The notes: generated by a model not told the origin, from the letters alone. A DNA stretch of 64,000 nt from Candidatus Woesearchaeota archaeon (GCA_043819495.1 JBDRET010000024.1:7177-71176), one strand, 5' to 3'; numbered from the stretch's first letter, positions 17,894-28,195 are shown. Made by a program: numbers and translations.

Positions 17894-18796
17894 TTCTTTC
17901 ATCAGGAGGACAACTCTTGATGCTTCCTGCTCATCTATCATCTTATAGCCGCAGTGCTTGCAGAGCTCTTCTGCAAACTCTCTGACCTCTGGATGTAGAG
18001 GCATGTTCTCCATGGTAAGGCGTAGCTGTGAGGCCCCTACAAACATGTAAGCCTTCACCTCAACAAAGTGCGGCTCTGCCATCTGTATCAGTTCTGCGTA
18101 CTTTTCAGGGCTGTGCATATTCATCCCTTTGATGGTTGTGAGCCTCAAGCAGGTCCTGGTCCTATCCTTCATCTTATTCAGAATTGCCAAGCTTGTAAGC
18201 AGGCGCTTCCAGCTGTCATTACGCTCTGGTCTGCATATCTTCTTGTGAAGCTCTTCATCAGGAGCATCTATCGAGAGGTATATCTGTGTTGGTGGTTCGA
18301 GCTTTTCCATCACTTCTGGCAGCATGCCATTTGTCACGACAAATGATGAGAAGTTACGCTTCTTGAGCTCTCTTATGAATTCGCTGAGATGCGGGTAGTA
18401 GAGGGTCTCTCCTGTAAGTGATATCGCGAACTGATTAGGATTTTGGGCCTCTTCCAGTTTCTTCCTGTTTGTCTTCTCAAGCCCTCCAAAGCCTGAGATG
18501 AGCTTACGTTGGGCAGCTATGGCCTTATCAATCAGCGCCTTAGGATCGTCAATATTTGTGAATGGCTCATTGTAATGCTCGCGCCAGCAGTATACACAAT
18601 CCATGTCACAGTAATTGGTAGTCACAGACATCTGGCAGCAACGGTGGCAGCTGATGCCGTAGAACTTCTCCTTGTAGCATACTCCCTCATCTCTCAGGGA
18701 CTTCTTTGTCCAGGTACATATCTTGATAGCAGAATGGTCTCCTATGAACTTATACTGCTGTTTTTCTAGGAGTTTCTTGTGGGCTTCCTTGACCAT
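17855..18796 (-). CDS. taw1: 4-demethylwyosine synthase (radical SAM)
   Basis: HSAIKICTWTK, CYKEKFYGI..HRC, CDMDCVYCWR, AISLTGE, EVKAYM.VG. Confidence 0.93.
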   Translation of the reverse strand: MVKEAHKKLLEKQQYKFIGDHSAIKICTWTKKSLRDEGVCYKEKFYGISCHRCCQMSVTTNYCDMDCVYCWREHYNEPFTNIDDPKALIDKAIAAQRKLISGFGGLEKTNRKKLEEAQNPNQFAISLTGETLYYPHLSEFIRELKKRNFSSFVVTNGMLPEVMEKLEPPTQIYLSIDAPDEELHKKICRPERNDSWKRLLTSLAILNKMKDRTRTCLRLTTIKGMNMHSPEKYAELIQMAEPHFVEVKAYMFVGASQLRLTMENMPLHPEVREFAEELCKHCGYKMIDEQEASRVVLLMKEDCQEPSFSRMIK

Positions 18797-18873
18797 TGCA
18801 TAGAGGAGTAGAGAGGGTTTTTTAAGGGTTGCGGCAGAGTAATATTTAAAAAGCAGAGGATATATAGCATCAT

Positions 18874-19302
18874 ATGCAAATAAAGTCCAAATCAATATTC
18901 ATCATTGTTTTAACATTGCTGCTGATTCTTATTATGGGTTGCAGCGTACCTGTGTGGAAATTAGAGTCAAAGCAGACAAGAAAGGTCTTGAATATCTATG
19001 TGGACGGCGGCTCAGGGGACGATGTCGGAGCCATACTCATATCAAAGATACGTATTGATTCCGGAAAGATAAACCTGACTATACTCGCTGAAGACCCACA
19101 GAACGACGTGCTCAAAGATGCGCTCAATGATATTGAATCCAAGGGCAACTTGTCTCTGACAGCAGAGAACATGGAAGGCGGCAATCTGGTGATGTTTGCG
19201 AAGCCTGTTGCTCCAGATGACCCTAATTATATATATGCTGTCAGCGAATCGCTCAGGATCGATTACGGTATCAGATCAGTGGTCGGAAAGGAAACTATTT
19301 AA
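18874..19302 (+). CDS. Putative lipoprotein
   Basis: Signal peptide ending in LIMGC. Confidence 0.6.
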   Translation: MQIKSKSIFIIVLTLLLILIMGCSVPVWKLESKQTRKVLNIYVDGGSGDDVGAILISKIRIDSGKINLTILAEDPQNDVLKDALNDIESKGNLSLTAENMEGGNLVMFAKPVAPDDPNYIYAVSESLRIDYGIRSVVGKETI

Positions 19303-19355
19303 ACACTAAAAGCGGAGTGTCTTAGAGTTTCATAATATATCAAAAGAGGCACGAT

Positions 19356-21218
19356 ATGTCAAGATACGCAGGCATAACTATCATTCTTGTATTTCTGCTC
19401 TGTTTAAGTTCTGTATCTTTGACTGCTCTTGCACCAATACCTGATGTCGGACCGAGCGGATGCGTGCCTGCACCAGGGATGCCGTGCGGTTCGACAAGCG
19501 GAAGCAGCGGAACAAAGACAACAACCCAGCAGGCGACGCAGACAAAAACAACAACACCGCAGACTGGCGGATATACTGCAACAAAGCCGGATGAAGGAGA
19601 GAGGACAACCGATACAGGAATACCGCAGCATGTCGAGATAGCCATCAAGAATTATAAGAATCCTGGATGGGGAATTGTATACGATGTCTACACAGGAGAA
19701 CTTCCAGATGATCAAGCATGCCCTCCTGTCGATATAATGGATTGTTATAACCAATGCGGTGATCGTAAATATGGTGATTGTTTAGATCCCTGCGAGGAAT
19801 GGTATGAGCCTTTAGCAAAACAGTGGCAAGAGTGCTATGCTGCTTGGAACGCCAGACACAACCAGTTGATGGAAGCATATCTTATGCAAGAAAATCAGGG
19901 CTATGTGTGCTATGGGGATGATTGCTCTGATGAAGAAGAGATTGATGTTCCAGACGATCTAAAAGACTCTGTCTCAGATAACAAACGTGGCGCGTCATCT
20001 CCCATGGCTCAGCTTGTAGCGCAAATAATACTGCTGACAGATGAAGCAATGACTCCGGGGCAGACAAGAGACTTCACAGCACTTCTTGATCTGCTGAACA
20101 AGGCAGCGACCTCAAAGACAATGAGTGATGCAGAGCTTGAACATTTCATAGGTTCTCTGCAGAAATACCTTGCAGGAAGGATACCTTTTGTTACGGGTAC
20201 TGAAGATTACACTGCACTGACTTCTGCGATGGTCTCGCTTGGCGTGGCAATAGATGAGGCCAAAGCAAGAGGCAATACGCAACTTGTCAACAGGCTGCAG
20301 TCAGACTTTGAAAAAGCAGTGAATGACGTCATAATCACGATAGAAAAAAACAAGCTGGAGAAGGGCAGTCAACTTACAAAAGAACAGATAGGATGGGCCG
20401 ACAATGTGATAGATGGCATGACTCAGGGAGCGAAACAGATGAGGAACCTTGGCCAGAATGCCAATGCCGACAAGGCCCAGAAGCTGGCAAGTGATCTCAA
20501 AGGGGCTTTAGATACATCAGTCGGTAATGTGATGGATACCACAGAAGTGCAGCTTGATCTTGATGACTCAAAACAAAGGACAATCATAGAAGAGATGGAA
20601 CGCAAGCAGTCAAAACCGAGCGTGAACAAGAAGTACATAAACCAGAAACTCGATGAGGCCCGCGTAAGGGTGCAGGAGATGCTCGAAGCAAATTACAGGA
20701 AAACGATGACACTCGAGGAGTTTGAAGCAAAGAATGCTGATTACCAGGCAAGCAGGGATGCAGCAGTGAACATATTCAAGGAGGTCCTGAGCCAGGACAA
20801 AGGTAACACAGAAGCCAATTTTGCGCTTGGGACAATATACAGGAAAGAAAACAGGAAAGAAGACGCAAAAGAACTATATGAACGCGCAATACTGGGAGCA
20901 AGCCCTCAAGACAGGCAAATACTGATCAATGGAATGAAAGATCCTGAACTTACAGCACGGGTCCTGGAAGGAGCAGGATTGGCACAACTCCCAAATAAGG
21001 GCAAAGTCATGAATCACGTAAGGACTGATACAATAAATGAGAATGCCTATGCAGACAAAGCAAAAGAGGAACTGGCATACTTCACCACAAAGATAAGCAA
21101 AGGCCTTGCTATACTTGGAGACAATCCTTTCAGTAATGCCTATGGCACAGTCAAAGGACTGTTTGTAGAGCAGAGAGATAACGCGAATGTAAATGAGGTA
21201 GCGTATGGCACGCCATAA
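19356..21218 (+). CDS. Large secreted protein: Thr-rich linker, Cys-rich domain, helical region, TPR
   Basis: Signal peptide; C..C..C..C..C cluster; TPR-like EANFALGTIYRKENRKEDAKELYERA. Confidence 0.7.
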   Translation: MSRYAGITIILVFLLCLSSVSLTALAPIPDVGPSGCVPAPGMPCGSTSGSSGTKTTTQQATQTKTTTPQTGGYTATKPDEGERTTDTGIPQHVEIAIKNYKNPGWGIVYDVYTGELPDDQACPPVDIMDCYNQCGDRKYGDCLDPCEEWYEPLAKQWQECYAAWNARHNQLMEAYLMQENQGYVCYGDDCSDEEEIDVPDDLKDSVSDNKRGASSPMAQLVAQIILLTDEAMTPGQTRDFTALLDLLNKAATSKTMSDAELEHFIGSLQKYLAGRIPFVTGTEDYTALTSAMVSLGVAIDEAKARGNTQLVNRLQSDFEKAVNDVIITIEKNKLEKGSQLTKEQIGWADNVIDGMTQGAKQMRNLGQNANADKAQKLASDLKGALDTSVGNVMDTTEVQLDLDDSKQRTIIEEMERKQSKPSVNKKYINQKLDEARVRVQEMLEANYRKTMTLEEFEAKNADYQASRDAAVNIFKEVLSQDKGNTEANFALGTIYRKENRKEDAKELYERAILGASPQDRQILINGMKDPELTARVLEGAGLAQLPNKGKVMNHVRTDTINENAYADKAKEELAYFTTKISKGLAILGDNPFSNAYGTVKGLFVEQRDNANVNEVAYGTP

Positions 21219-21726
21219 AACTGAATCGCACAAGCAGGAACAGCATAAGCAGGAATTGCATAAGAAGGAACAGCATAAGCAGGAATCGCATGAGCAGGAA
21301 ATTGCTCCTGAGAAGCCCAAGCGCAAGATACATTTGGGGTTGCTCATATTAGGGCTATTTATCATATTCGTAGGGTGCACAATCATCGGTTATTTCGGTG
21401 GAACAGTCAAACTAGGCACATGCCAGAACGAGATTTGCTTCATCAATGCATCAGACCAGTGCCTGGTGGCAGACCTCAGATTGCAGGAAGACTTTGGCAT
21501 AGTGAAATATCACTCAGAAAACTGCACATTCCAGAAGACCATAGAACAGGTGACAGACCCTGATTCACAGGACCTGAAGCCTGTGCTTGAAGGCAAGACC
21601 ATGAACTGCACATATGAGAAAGACGATTTTGACGCGCAATGGGTATACTCACTCACTTCAGGAATTGAGAAGTGCGAGGGGGAACTCGTGACAACTATCG
21701 CGCAGCTGATTCTTCTAGCTGAATAG
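21205..21726 (+). CDS. Single-TM protein with N-terminal HKQEx repeats and Cys-containing external domain
   Basis: SD gaggt; six 5-aa repeats; TM helix; several Cys. Confidence 0.7.
   Translation: MARHKTESHKQEQHKQELHKKEQHKQESHEQEIAPEKPKRKIHLGLLILGLFIIFVGCTIIGYFGGTVKLGTCQNEICFINASDQCLVADLRLQEDFGIVKYHSENCTFQKTIEQVTDPDSQDLKPVLEGKTMNCTYEKDDFDAQWVYSLTSGIEKCEGELVTTIAQLILLAE
21214..21303 (+). repeat. In-frame 15-bp tandem repeat, 6 units (consensus cataagcaggaaNNN)
   Basis: Read directly from sequence. Confidence 0.85.
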
Positions 21727-21747
21727 GGGTAAAGTAAGTTAATGGTG

Positions 21748-21854
21748 TTAAGTGGGATGCAGCGCTCGCACAGCTTCTTTAATCGCTTCTATCTGCCCAA
21801 CTGCAATACTTACCGCTTATGTCCCCACAGCTCGCTAGGCGGCATCCCACTTAA
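21748..21854 (+). repeat. Dispersed three-box hairpin element, copy B
   Basis: Stem ttaagtgggatgcagc/gcggcatcccacttaa enclosing GCTCGC-N25-GCCCAACTGCA-N22-CAGCTCGCTAG; outer stem ggggtaaagtaag/cttattttaccct. Confidence 0.85.
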
Positions 21855-21912
21855 TCTTATTTTACCCTGAATAGGCAAAATATAAAAACCACAAGTCTTG
21901 TGCTTGTCTTTT

Positions 21913-22416
21913 ATGAAATCACTTGATGTAATAACCAAACTACGTGAACTGCAAAAGTTCAAGGAATGGAAGGAGAAGAATAAAGAATCGAATCTTGTCC
22001 ATCTGTTCATAATGATTGAACCAGGGAAGGATATCAAGTATGACATCGGTTTCTTTGATCTGAAGAAAAGTCTTATGACATCATTCCTTGTTGATGATAC
22101 AGTGAAAGACGCAGAAGTGACGGAGACCAAGGAAATATTCACGCAAGACAACCAGAAGATAACTCCACTTGAGCTGGAGAAGGTGAAGATAGGATTCGAG
22201 GAGGCTTTTGAGACTTCACGTACTCTGCAGAAAGAGAAGTACAGGCAGCACGAACCGCTCAAAAAGATAGTGATACTGCAGAATCTTCCAGATGGACAGG
22301 TCTGGAACATAACTTACATCACACAGACATTCCAGACACTGAACATGAAGATTGATGCAGAGACAGGACTTGTCGTCGAGGATTCACTGCACCAGATAAT
22401 CAGCTTCGATAAGTGA
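21913..22416 (+). CDS. Hypothetical protein with PepSY-like C-terminus
   Basis: VWNITY......LNMKIDAETGLVV pattern. Confidence 0.65.
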   Translation: MKSLDVITKLRELQKFKEWKEKNKESNLVHLFIMIEPGKDIKYDIGFFDLKKSLMTSFLVDDTVKDAEVTETKEIFTQDNQKITPLELEKVKIGFEEAFETSRTLQKEKYRQHEPLKKIVILQNLPDGQVWNITYITQTFQTLNMKIDAETGLVVEDSLHQIISFDK

Positions 22417-22696
22417 TCATTTTAAGATGTCACTGGCTTCATGTAAAGCAAAAACTTCTTCTTATTTTTTTACAAAATTCAAAACCATCATGCAGTGGTG
22501 CAATTCAGTTTCACTGAGTAATGATGTCGAACTGCAGACTATATGTTATTAACGATACTTTTCATCCTAGCTTAATTTAAATACCTGAATATCTTTTACG
22601 AAACATATCCGGTTCTGAATTCTTCATGATTTCAGGACCACCCCAACTTAAAGGCTTCGCTGGGAGAAAAAGAGCCTAAAAAAAGGAGGTTGGAAA

Positions 22697-22807
22697 TTGG
22701 TTCCACAGAGTAACATAAGCTATAAAGATCAACAGAAATGCAAGACTCTTTTTGACTGCGTCGACATGAACTGCGTTGAAGTGGAAACTGAAAACGAAGA
22801 AGAATAA
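22697..22807 (+). CDS. Candidate 36-aa small protein MVPQSNISYKDQQKCKTLFDCVDMNCVEVETENEEE
   Basis: Strong SD aaggaggt upstream of a TTG start; lies in a 530-bp intergenic gap. Confidence 0.4.
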   Translation: MVPQSNISYKDQQKCKTLFDCVDMNCVEVETENEEE

Positions 22808-22949
22808 GTGATTACAGTGATATCATCCTTCTGAATCTTTTACCCAGCGGACTTTTTTATTCTCTTCCAACAGAGATTTTAGAATAACTTTCTTAGAAAG
22901 TGGAGAATTCAGATAGTCTGTTTTAACCTATACTCTCTGATCCTGATAT

Positions 22950-23834
22950 TCACTGTATAGGATAATTGAATTTTTGACCATCAGATAGCTTCCCTTCTTT
23001 GAACATCTCTAAGACCTTAAGTGCTGCAGAGACAGTATCCTCATGGCTTGTGGGCCTGTCAGTATTCACATACACGATCATTGACCCGTAAGAGTTTAGT
23101 AATGCCTTCAGCCACTCTGACCTGTACTTACCTTCAATCCTGCGCTGGAACTCAGGGACCTCAAATTTGCATTGGTCATCTTTGACCCTTTGAGCTTTCC
23201 GCTCCATAGCAGTATCTGCACTAAGATCGCATATCACGTAAAGATGAGGTGAATTCTCTGCAGCATAACTATTCCCTTGCATCCTCATTATATCATCAAC
23301 ACTGAGAGGATTGTCCATGGATGATTGGTATACTACGCTTGAGCAGAAGTTCCTTTCACAGTACACATCGATACCATCAAGTATTGCAGGCCTTATCAGC
23401 TTGGATATCAGTTCATGCCTATCCTCTGCATATGCTTCAGCAGCATCTTTTGCAGTATAACCAATGCCCTTCACTTCATGTATTATTTTTTTTCTTATCT
23501 TGAGCCCTATCCTGGCCCAGGTGGGTTCGCATACAAATAGTGTCTTGAGAGGCGCCCCGTTCTCATGCAGGTATCGCTCCTTGAGCATATTGTAATCAGG
23601 AATGATATCATCTGTGCCGTATATATCGTATAGTGAATTTCCTACTTCTGCAGGTATCTTCCCTTCTTCATCAGAAGGCCATAGAAGACGCATATCAAGG
23701 AAGCCATCACCTTCAGCTAAAAGCTTCTTCTTTATCGCATTTATTATGGAGCCTTTTCCGCCGCAGTCAATAGACTCTGCGACAAGGTATAATCCTGAAT
23801 CTTTCGAGTATCTTGAAATAGCCAGCATGATCAC
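22950..23834 (-). CDS. tmk: Thymidylate kinase-like protein with insertion
   Basis: ESIDCGGKGS P-loop, CEPT, YAEDR..L, ERNFCSSVVYQ, FE..EFQRRI. Confidence 0.8.
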   Translation of the reverse strand: MIMLAISRYSKDSGLYLVAESIDCGGKGSIINAIKKKLLAEGDGFLDMRLLWPSDEEGKIPAEVGNSLYDIYGTDDIIPDYNMLKERYLHENGAPLKTLFVCEPTWARIGLKIRKKIIHEVKGIGYTAKDAAEAYAEDRHELISKLIRPAILDGIDVYCERNFCSSVVYQSSMDNPLSVDDIMRMQGNSYAAENSPHLYVICDLSADTAMERKAQRVKDDQCKFEVPEFQRRIEGKYRSEWLKALLNSYGSMIVYVNTDRPTSHEDTVSAALKVLEMFKEGKLSDGQKFNYPIQ

Positions 23835-24034
23835 CGATTTATACTGTGATTCCCCTAATTCTCACCTCTCGTTCAAGGCGTATATAAACCTTTTCTTGAG
23901 ATATTTTCATGCTGGTTTTATGTCTTTTAAGTCAAACAAAAATCTTAAATATGCTCTAGAATCCGGTTGCTATACAGTTAGGGTAAGCATAGTGTATTAG
24001 GACATCGTGTTCATATGATGTCCAGATAAAAACG

Positions 24035-25801
24035 GTGCGATACAAGGGGTGTGACAGTTTGACAGAAGATATAGTGAACGATATTCTAGATTCAGAGGGA
24101 AATCTCAAACCGGGATTCAGTGGTATAGGTAAGCTAAGAGGCAAGACAGATTATACAAAAGATGAGGAGACAGTACTAAAGCATTTCTTCACCAATACGC
24201 ACTCAAATGTGTACTGCGCTACAGATAACATGCCAGGAGAGCTATGGGCATTGATAATGGGCCAGTATGCACGGAGCAGCATGACCGGAAGAGATAGGCT
24301 GCTCAAGCTGTTCACTGACATGGAAGAGAAAGGTGAAGCGATATCAGTATCCGAGCTAGCAGAGATGATACGATCTGGACGCGATGTCGCAGGAGCACTT
24401 CAAGCATACCTCAATAAAGCAGGGAATTTCATCGAGATATATGGTGTGAAGTACGGCCATGCATCACTACGAGATTCAGGTGTAATCAGAATATGTTTCG
24501 AAGGGGTGAGCCAGAGAGCCACCAAGTTCCTTGAGAGCGCCAGAGAGGGGGCATATCAGGAACAGTCTACCCGTGCCATCCCTTATGAGATGGAGAATCT
24601 TGGCGTCCCATATGAGATCCGTGACACCAAGTATGAGATCATCATACATGAGCTGGATGAGAAGCTCATCGAACTATACAATAAGATATACAATAAGCTG
24701 ATAGTATACCTGCCTAGTAAGTTTGCTCATCTCAGGGCCAAGGCCGATGAGAAGCTGGCTTCTGAGCTTGGCCGTGATGACGTGACGATAACTGACAGGG
24801 AGTGGAGCAGTATCATAGCTGCAAAGGCATTCGATGTCGCGAGATACCTGCTGCCTCAGAACATGACAACATCTTTAGGCATCACATTGAACACCCGAAG
24901 GTTCCAGGACAAGCTCACTGAATGGCAGTCCTCAGACATCATGGAGATGCAGGTGCTTGGAAAGGTGGCTCAGGTCGAGTCCATGAAGATAAGCCCTACG
25001 CTCATGAAGTACGGCAACAAGAGCCCGTATCATGTGAAGATACCTTCTGCACTTAAGGCGCTCAATAAGAAATTTGTAGTCAACAACAAGGCCTGTGCAG
25101 CTTTCCCTTACACACATTATGATGTCAGCTCAAAGATGATATCTGCCCCTGACGACCTGCAGGAACTGGTCCTTGCAAGCATACTGCTCAATGGTTCAGA
25201 TGGCAGTGTGAGCATGGATGAATTCAAGCAGATTGTAGGGAACATGTCATTTGATGAGAAACGTGAGGTCGCTGAGAGCGTAGCGTCAGATAAACCGTCT
25301 CATGACATATTCTCCAAGACGATGGAATGCGGATCAGTCATCTTTGAGAGAGTCTATGATATAGGTGCATTCAGGGACCTTCAGAGACAGAGAGGGGATA
25401 GGCAGCAATTCAACAGATATTCAGTCATAGGTTACAACATGCCTAAAGAGGTCGCAGAGATCGGTTTAAAGGCTGAGTTTGTCACTCTTATGAATGAAGT
25501 CAAGAATGTATATGATATGATGTGTGAAGAGGGTATCGCTGCGGCAGAGTATGTGCCTGTGATGGCAAATGTCCTGCGACACGTCGTCACAAAAGATCCT
25601 GTCCAGTGTTTCTATGAGGCGAAACTTAGAGCGCAGCCTGCAGGCATCGATTCTTACAGATCAATAGCTCAGCAGGAGATAACCCAACTTCTTGATGTGA
25701 TGCCTGTCTTCAAAGGTCTGGTACCCTACGATGCAGAATATTATAATCTTGGCAGGCTCGAAGAGACAGTCAATGGCAAGCTGAGGAAGCATAAGAAATA
25801 A
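24035..25801 (+). CDS. thyX: FAD-dependent thymidylate synthase, double Thy1-domain type
   Basis: YARS, YGHASL, YQEQSTR, AFDVARYLLP, DIGAFRDLQRQR; start may be TTG at 24059. Confidence 0.85.
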   Translation: MRYKGCDSLTEDIVNDILDSEGNLKPGFSGIGKLRGKTDYTKDEETVLKHFFTNTHSNVYCATDNMPGELWALIMGQYARSSMTGRDRLLKLFTDMEEKGEAISVSELAEMIRSGRDVAGALQAYLNKAGNFIEIYGVKYGHASLRDSGVIRICFEGVSQRATKFLESAREGAYQEQSTRAIPYEMENLGVPYEIRDTKYEIIIHELDEKLIELYNKIYNKLIVYLPSKFAHLRAKADEKLASELGRDDVTITDREWSSIIAAKAFDVARYLLPQNMTTSLGITLNTRRFQDKLTEWQSSDIMEMQVLGKVAQVESMKISPTLMKYGNKSPYHVKIPSALKALNKKFVVNNKACAAFPYTHYDVSSKMISAPDDLQELVLASILLNGSDGSVSMDEFKQIVGNMSFDEKREVAESVASDKPSHDIFSKTMECGSVIFERVYDIGAFRDLQRQRGDRQQFNRYSVIGYNMPKEVAEIGLKAEFVTLMNEVKNVYDMMCEEGIAAAEYVPVMANVLRHVVTKDPVQCFYEAKLRAQPAGIDSYRSIAQQEITQLLDVMPVFKGLVPYDAEYYNLGRLEETVNGKLRKHKK

Positions 25802-25811
25802 TATTTTTATC

Positions 25812-26043
25812 GTATTTGTTTAGCCCTATACTCTTTGGCAGTGCCGCGCTGCTATGTATGCGTACCGGGAATAATGCGCAATCAGTCTTGCAGTGGCTAA
25901 AGCCAATCAGTCATCAATATGGCTACGCCCCGGTCTTCGTATCTTGACTCTACCGACGCTAAGCAGCGCCACACTACGTGCGGCTGGTCTTCGAGCATAG
26001 CTCAAAGGAGCGGCGGCACTGCCAGAAATAGCTAAACAAATAC
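25812..26043. ncRNA. Candidate structured non-coding element, about 230 nt
   Basis: Nested perfect stems gtatttgtttagc/gctaaacaaatac (13 bp), tggcagtgccgc/gcggcactgcca (12 bp), gctatg/catagc, accggg/cccggt; GC-rich. Confidence 0.55.
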
Positions 26044-26075
26044 TTGTTATCTATTTTTTCTTCAGATATATATTA

Positions 26076-26846
26076 TCAACTGAGCGCTAATCTGGTCCTC
26101 ACATTTTTCTGTATCTGGTCTTTTCTCAGCCACCATACCCCCAGATAAGCGAATGGAGTGTCAAGCAGGGCGCAGAATATCTTGAATATCCAGAACGGAA
26201 CGATAAGAGATATGACAAATATTGCGTCCCACATAGGGGCGGTCTTGTAAAATGCCACAAACATGAACACTACACTGTCAATCAGTTGGCTCACTACCGT
26301 CGATGCGTTGTTACGCAGCCATAAGTGCTTACCTTCTGTCTTTCGTTTCCAGAACTCGAATGCCCACAGGTCATGCACCTGGGCGATGACAAATGCGAGT
26401 ATGCTTGCGATCGTCATGCGGATGGTCGCCTTGAATATCATAGAGAAACTGTTGTTGTCTATCGATCGTTCAGAAGCAGGGACTGCTATTGCGATAGATG
26501 TTATGACTATCATCAGAAGAAGCGCTATCACCCCTGTGGTGATGAACTCCATCACTTTCTTTTTCCCATGCACCTCAGCGATAATGTCAGTTATCAGGAA
26601 CATCAGAGGGACTGTGAGGATGCCTACAGAGACACTTATAGTATTGAAGAAGCCTAGTGATATCTCCCGTCCACCCATGGTGAGGAGGAAAGTCTTGAGA
26701 GCATATATTATCGGGAAGAACAGGATGTTGAGCGGTGTAGAAATGAATGAAGGCAGGTCAAACTGAGTTATCTTGCTGCCCAGCACATTCGCCAATATCA
26801 ATGAAGCGACAAATAGGCCTAATAATATGTTGGTCTTCTCTTTCAT
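26076..26846 (-). CDS. yhhQ: Queuosine-precursor transporter (YhhQ/VUT family)
   Basis: FLITDIIAEVHG, RMTIASILAF..AQ.HD, LWLRNNASTVVSQLIDSVVF, LLDTPF. Confidence 0.9.
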   Translation of the reverse strand: MKEKTNILLGLFVASLILANVLGSKITQFDLPSFISTPLNILFFPIIYALKTFLLTMGGREISLGFFNTISVSVGILTVPLMFLITDIIAEVHGKKKVMEFITTGVIALLLMIVITSIAIAVPASERSIDNNSFSMIFKATIRMTIASILAFVIAQVHDLWAFEFWKRKTEGKHLWLRNNASTVVSQLIDSVVFMFVAFYKTAPMWDAIFVISLIVPFWIFKIFCALLDTPFAYLGVWWLRKDQIQKNVRTRLALS

Positions 26847-27010
26847 GTCAAACCGCATGTATCTAACCCCCGAATCAAGCAGTTTTGACATTGATTATAA
26901 ACATTTCGCTTGGCTATTAAACTGCCATTTAAAAGTCATTTCAAGAATCAGCATTTTAATCCCATCTCGCCGGGTACATATTTAAATAAGGTCTTTTCTC
27001 TTCAGGTATC

Positions 27011-28195
27011 ATGGATGTCCAAATTACATATGATGATGTATTGAAGCACATGAACAGCATGGAGTTCTCAGGCATGAAGCTCGGGATAGAGCGGATACAG
27101 AACGCACTGGCCTTGCTTGGCAACCCTGAGAGACTGCTAAAGATAATACACATAACAGGCACGAATGGAAAAGGCTCTGTGGCAGCCATGCTGTCCACTA
27201 TGCTGAAGAATGCAGGCCATAGCGTGGGGATGTTCACTTCACCACATCTTGTCGATGTCAGGGAAAGGATACAGATAAATGATGTCCTTATCAGCAAAGA
27301 TGCTCTTAAAGAGACATTCCTGGAAGCAAAAGATGTACTGTCTGAACTGACGTTCTTTGAACTGTTCACATTGATGGCAGTGCTTTATTTTGTGAAGAAT
27401 AAAGTTGATTATGCAATATTTGAGGTAGGTCTCGGGGGCACTTACGATGCGACCAATTTCAAGAACTCTTTCATCTCAGTCATAACCAAGATTGCCCTTG
27501 ACCATACTGCAATATTAGGGGATTCTGTGGATCAGATAGCGCAGGACAAGTGCGGCATAATAAAACATGGCCAGAAGGTTGTCACGACGCAAGCTAACGA
27601 GCAGGTCATGGGGGTGATATCATCTGTTGCCAGGAAGAAAGAAGCACAACTCATTGTAGCCCGCAATACCGACAGACCCCTGTCGCTCAATGGACAGTTC
27701 CAAAGAGAGAATGCAGGAGTCGCAATCCAGGTTGCCAAAGAGTTATGCATACCTGATAAGGTAATATCCGATTCATTGCTTTCAGTCAGATGGCCTGGAA
27801 GGGCAGAATTCATAGAAAAGAATGTTCTGCTTGACTGTGCCCATAACCCTTCAGGTGTAGATGCATTGAGACATTATGTCGATACGCTGGACCATCAACG
27901 CATAATAATCGTTTTTGCTGTAAGCAAAAATAAGGACTATATGGAGATGCTTAGCTTGTTACCGAAGCATGATGAGCTCATATTTACACAATCCACAGTG
28001 ACCCGAAGGCTTCCGATAGAGGATATCCCTAAGGGCATATCATGTACGAGAATAAGTGATCCTATCAAGGCGCTTGAGCATGCAAAATCAATATCGAAAG
28101 AGGGAGACCTCATAGTCGTCTGTGGATCGATATTCCTGATAGGCGACATAAAAGCGGCACTAACCGACAAGCTTGTCCATGATATTGTTTCCTAA
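27011..28195 (+). CDS. folC: Folylpolyglutamate synthase/dihydrofolate synthase
   Basis: HITGTNGKGS, FTSPHL...RERI, EVGLGG..DATN, WPGR, LDCAHN, CGSIFLIG. Confidence 0.92.
   Translation: MDVQITYDDVLKHMNSMEFSGMKLGIERIQNALALLGNPERLLKIIHITGTNGKGSVAAMLSTMLKNAGHSVGMFTSPHLVDVRERIQINDVLISKDALKETFLEAKDVLSELTFFELFTLMAVLYFVKNKVDYAIFEVGLGGTYDATNFKNSFISVITKIALDHTAILGDSVDQIAQDKCGIIKHGQKVVTTQANEQVMGVISSVARKKEAQLIVARNTDRPLSLNGQFQRENAGVAIQVAKELCIPDKVISDSLLSVRWPGRAEFIEKNVLLDCAHNPSGVDALRHYVDTLDHQRIIIVFAVSKNKDYMEMLSLLPKHDELIFTQSTVTRRLPIEDIPKGISCTRISDPIKALEHAKSISKEGDLIVVCGSIFLIGDIKAALTDKLVHDIVS

Noticed and set aside
22490..22570. Possible fifth three-box copy (gtcgaactgca followed by ctag at the expected distance)
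   Set aside because: Box 1 does not match and there is no closing stem; at best a decayed copy.
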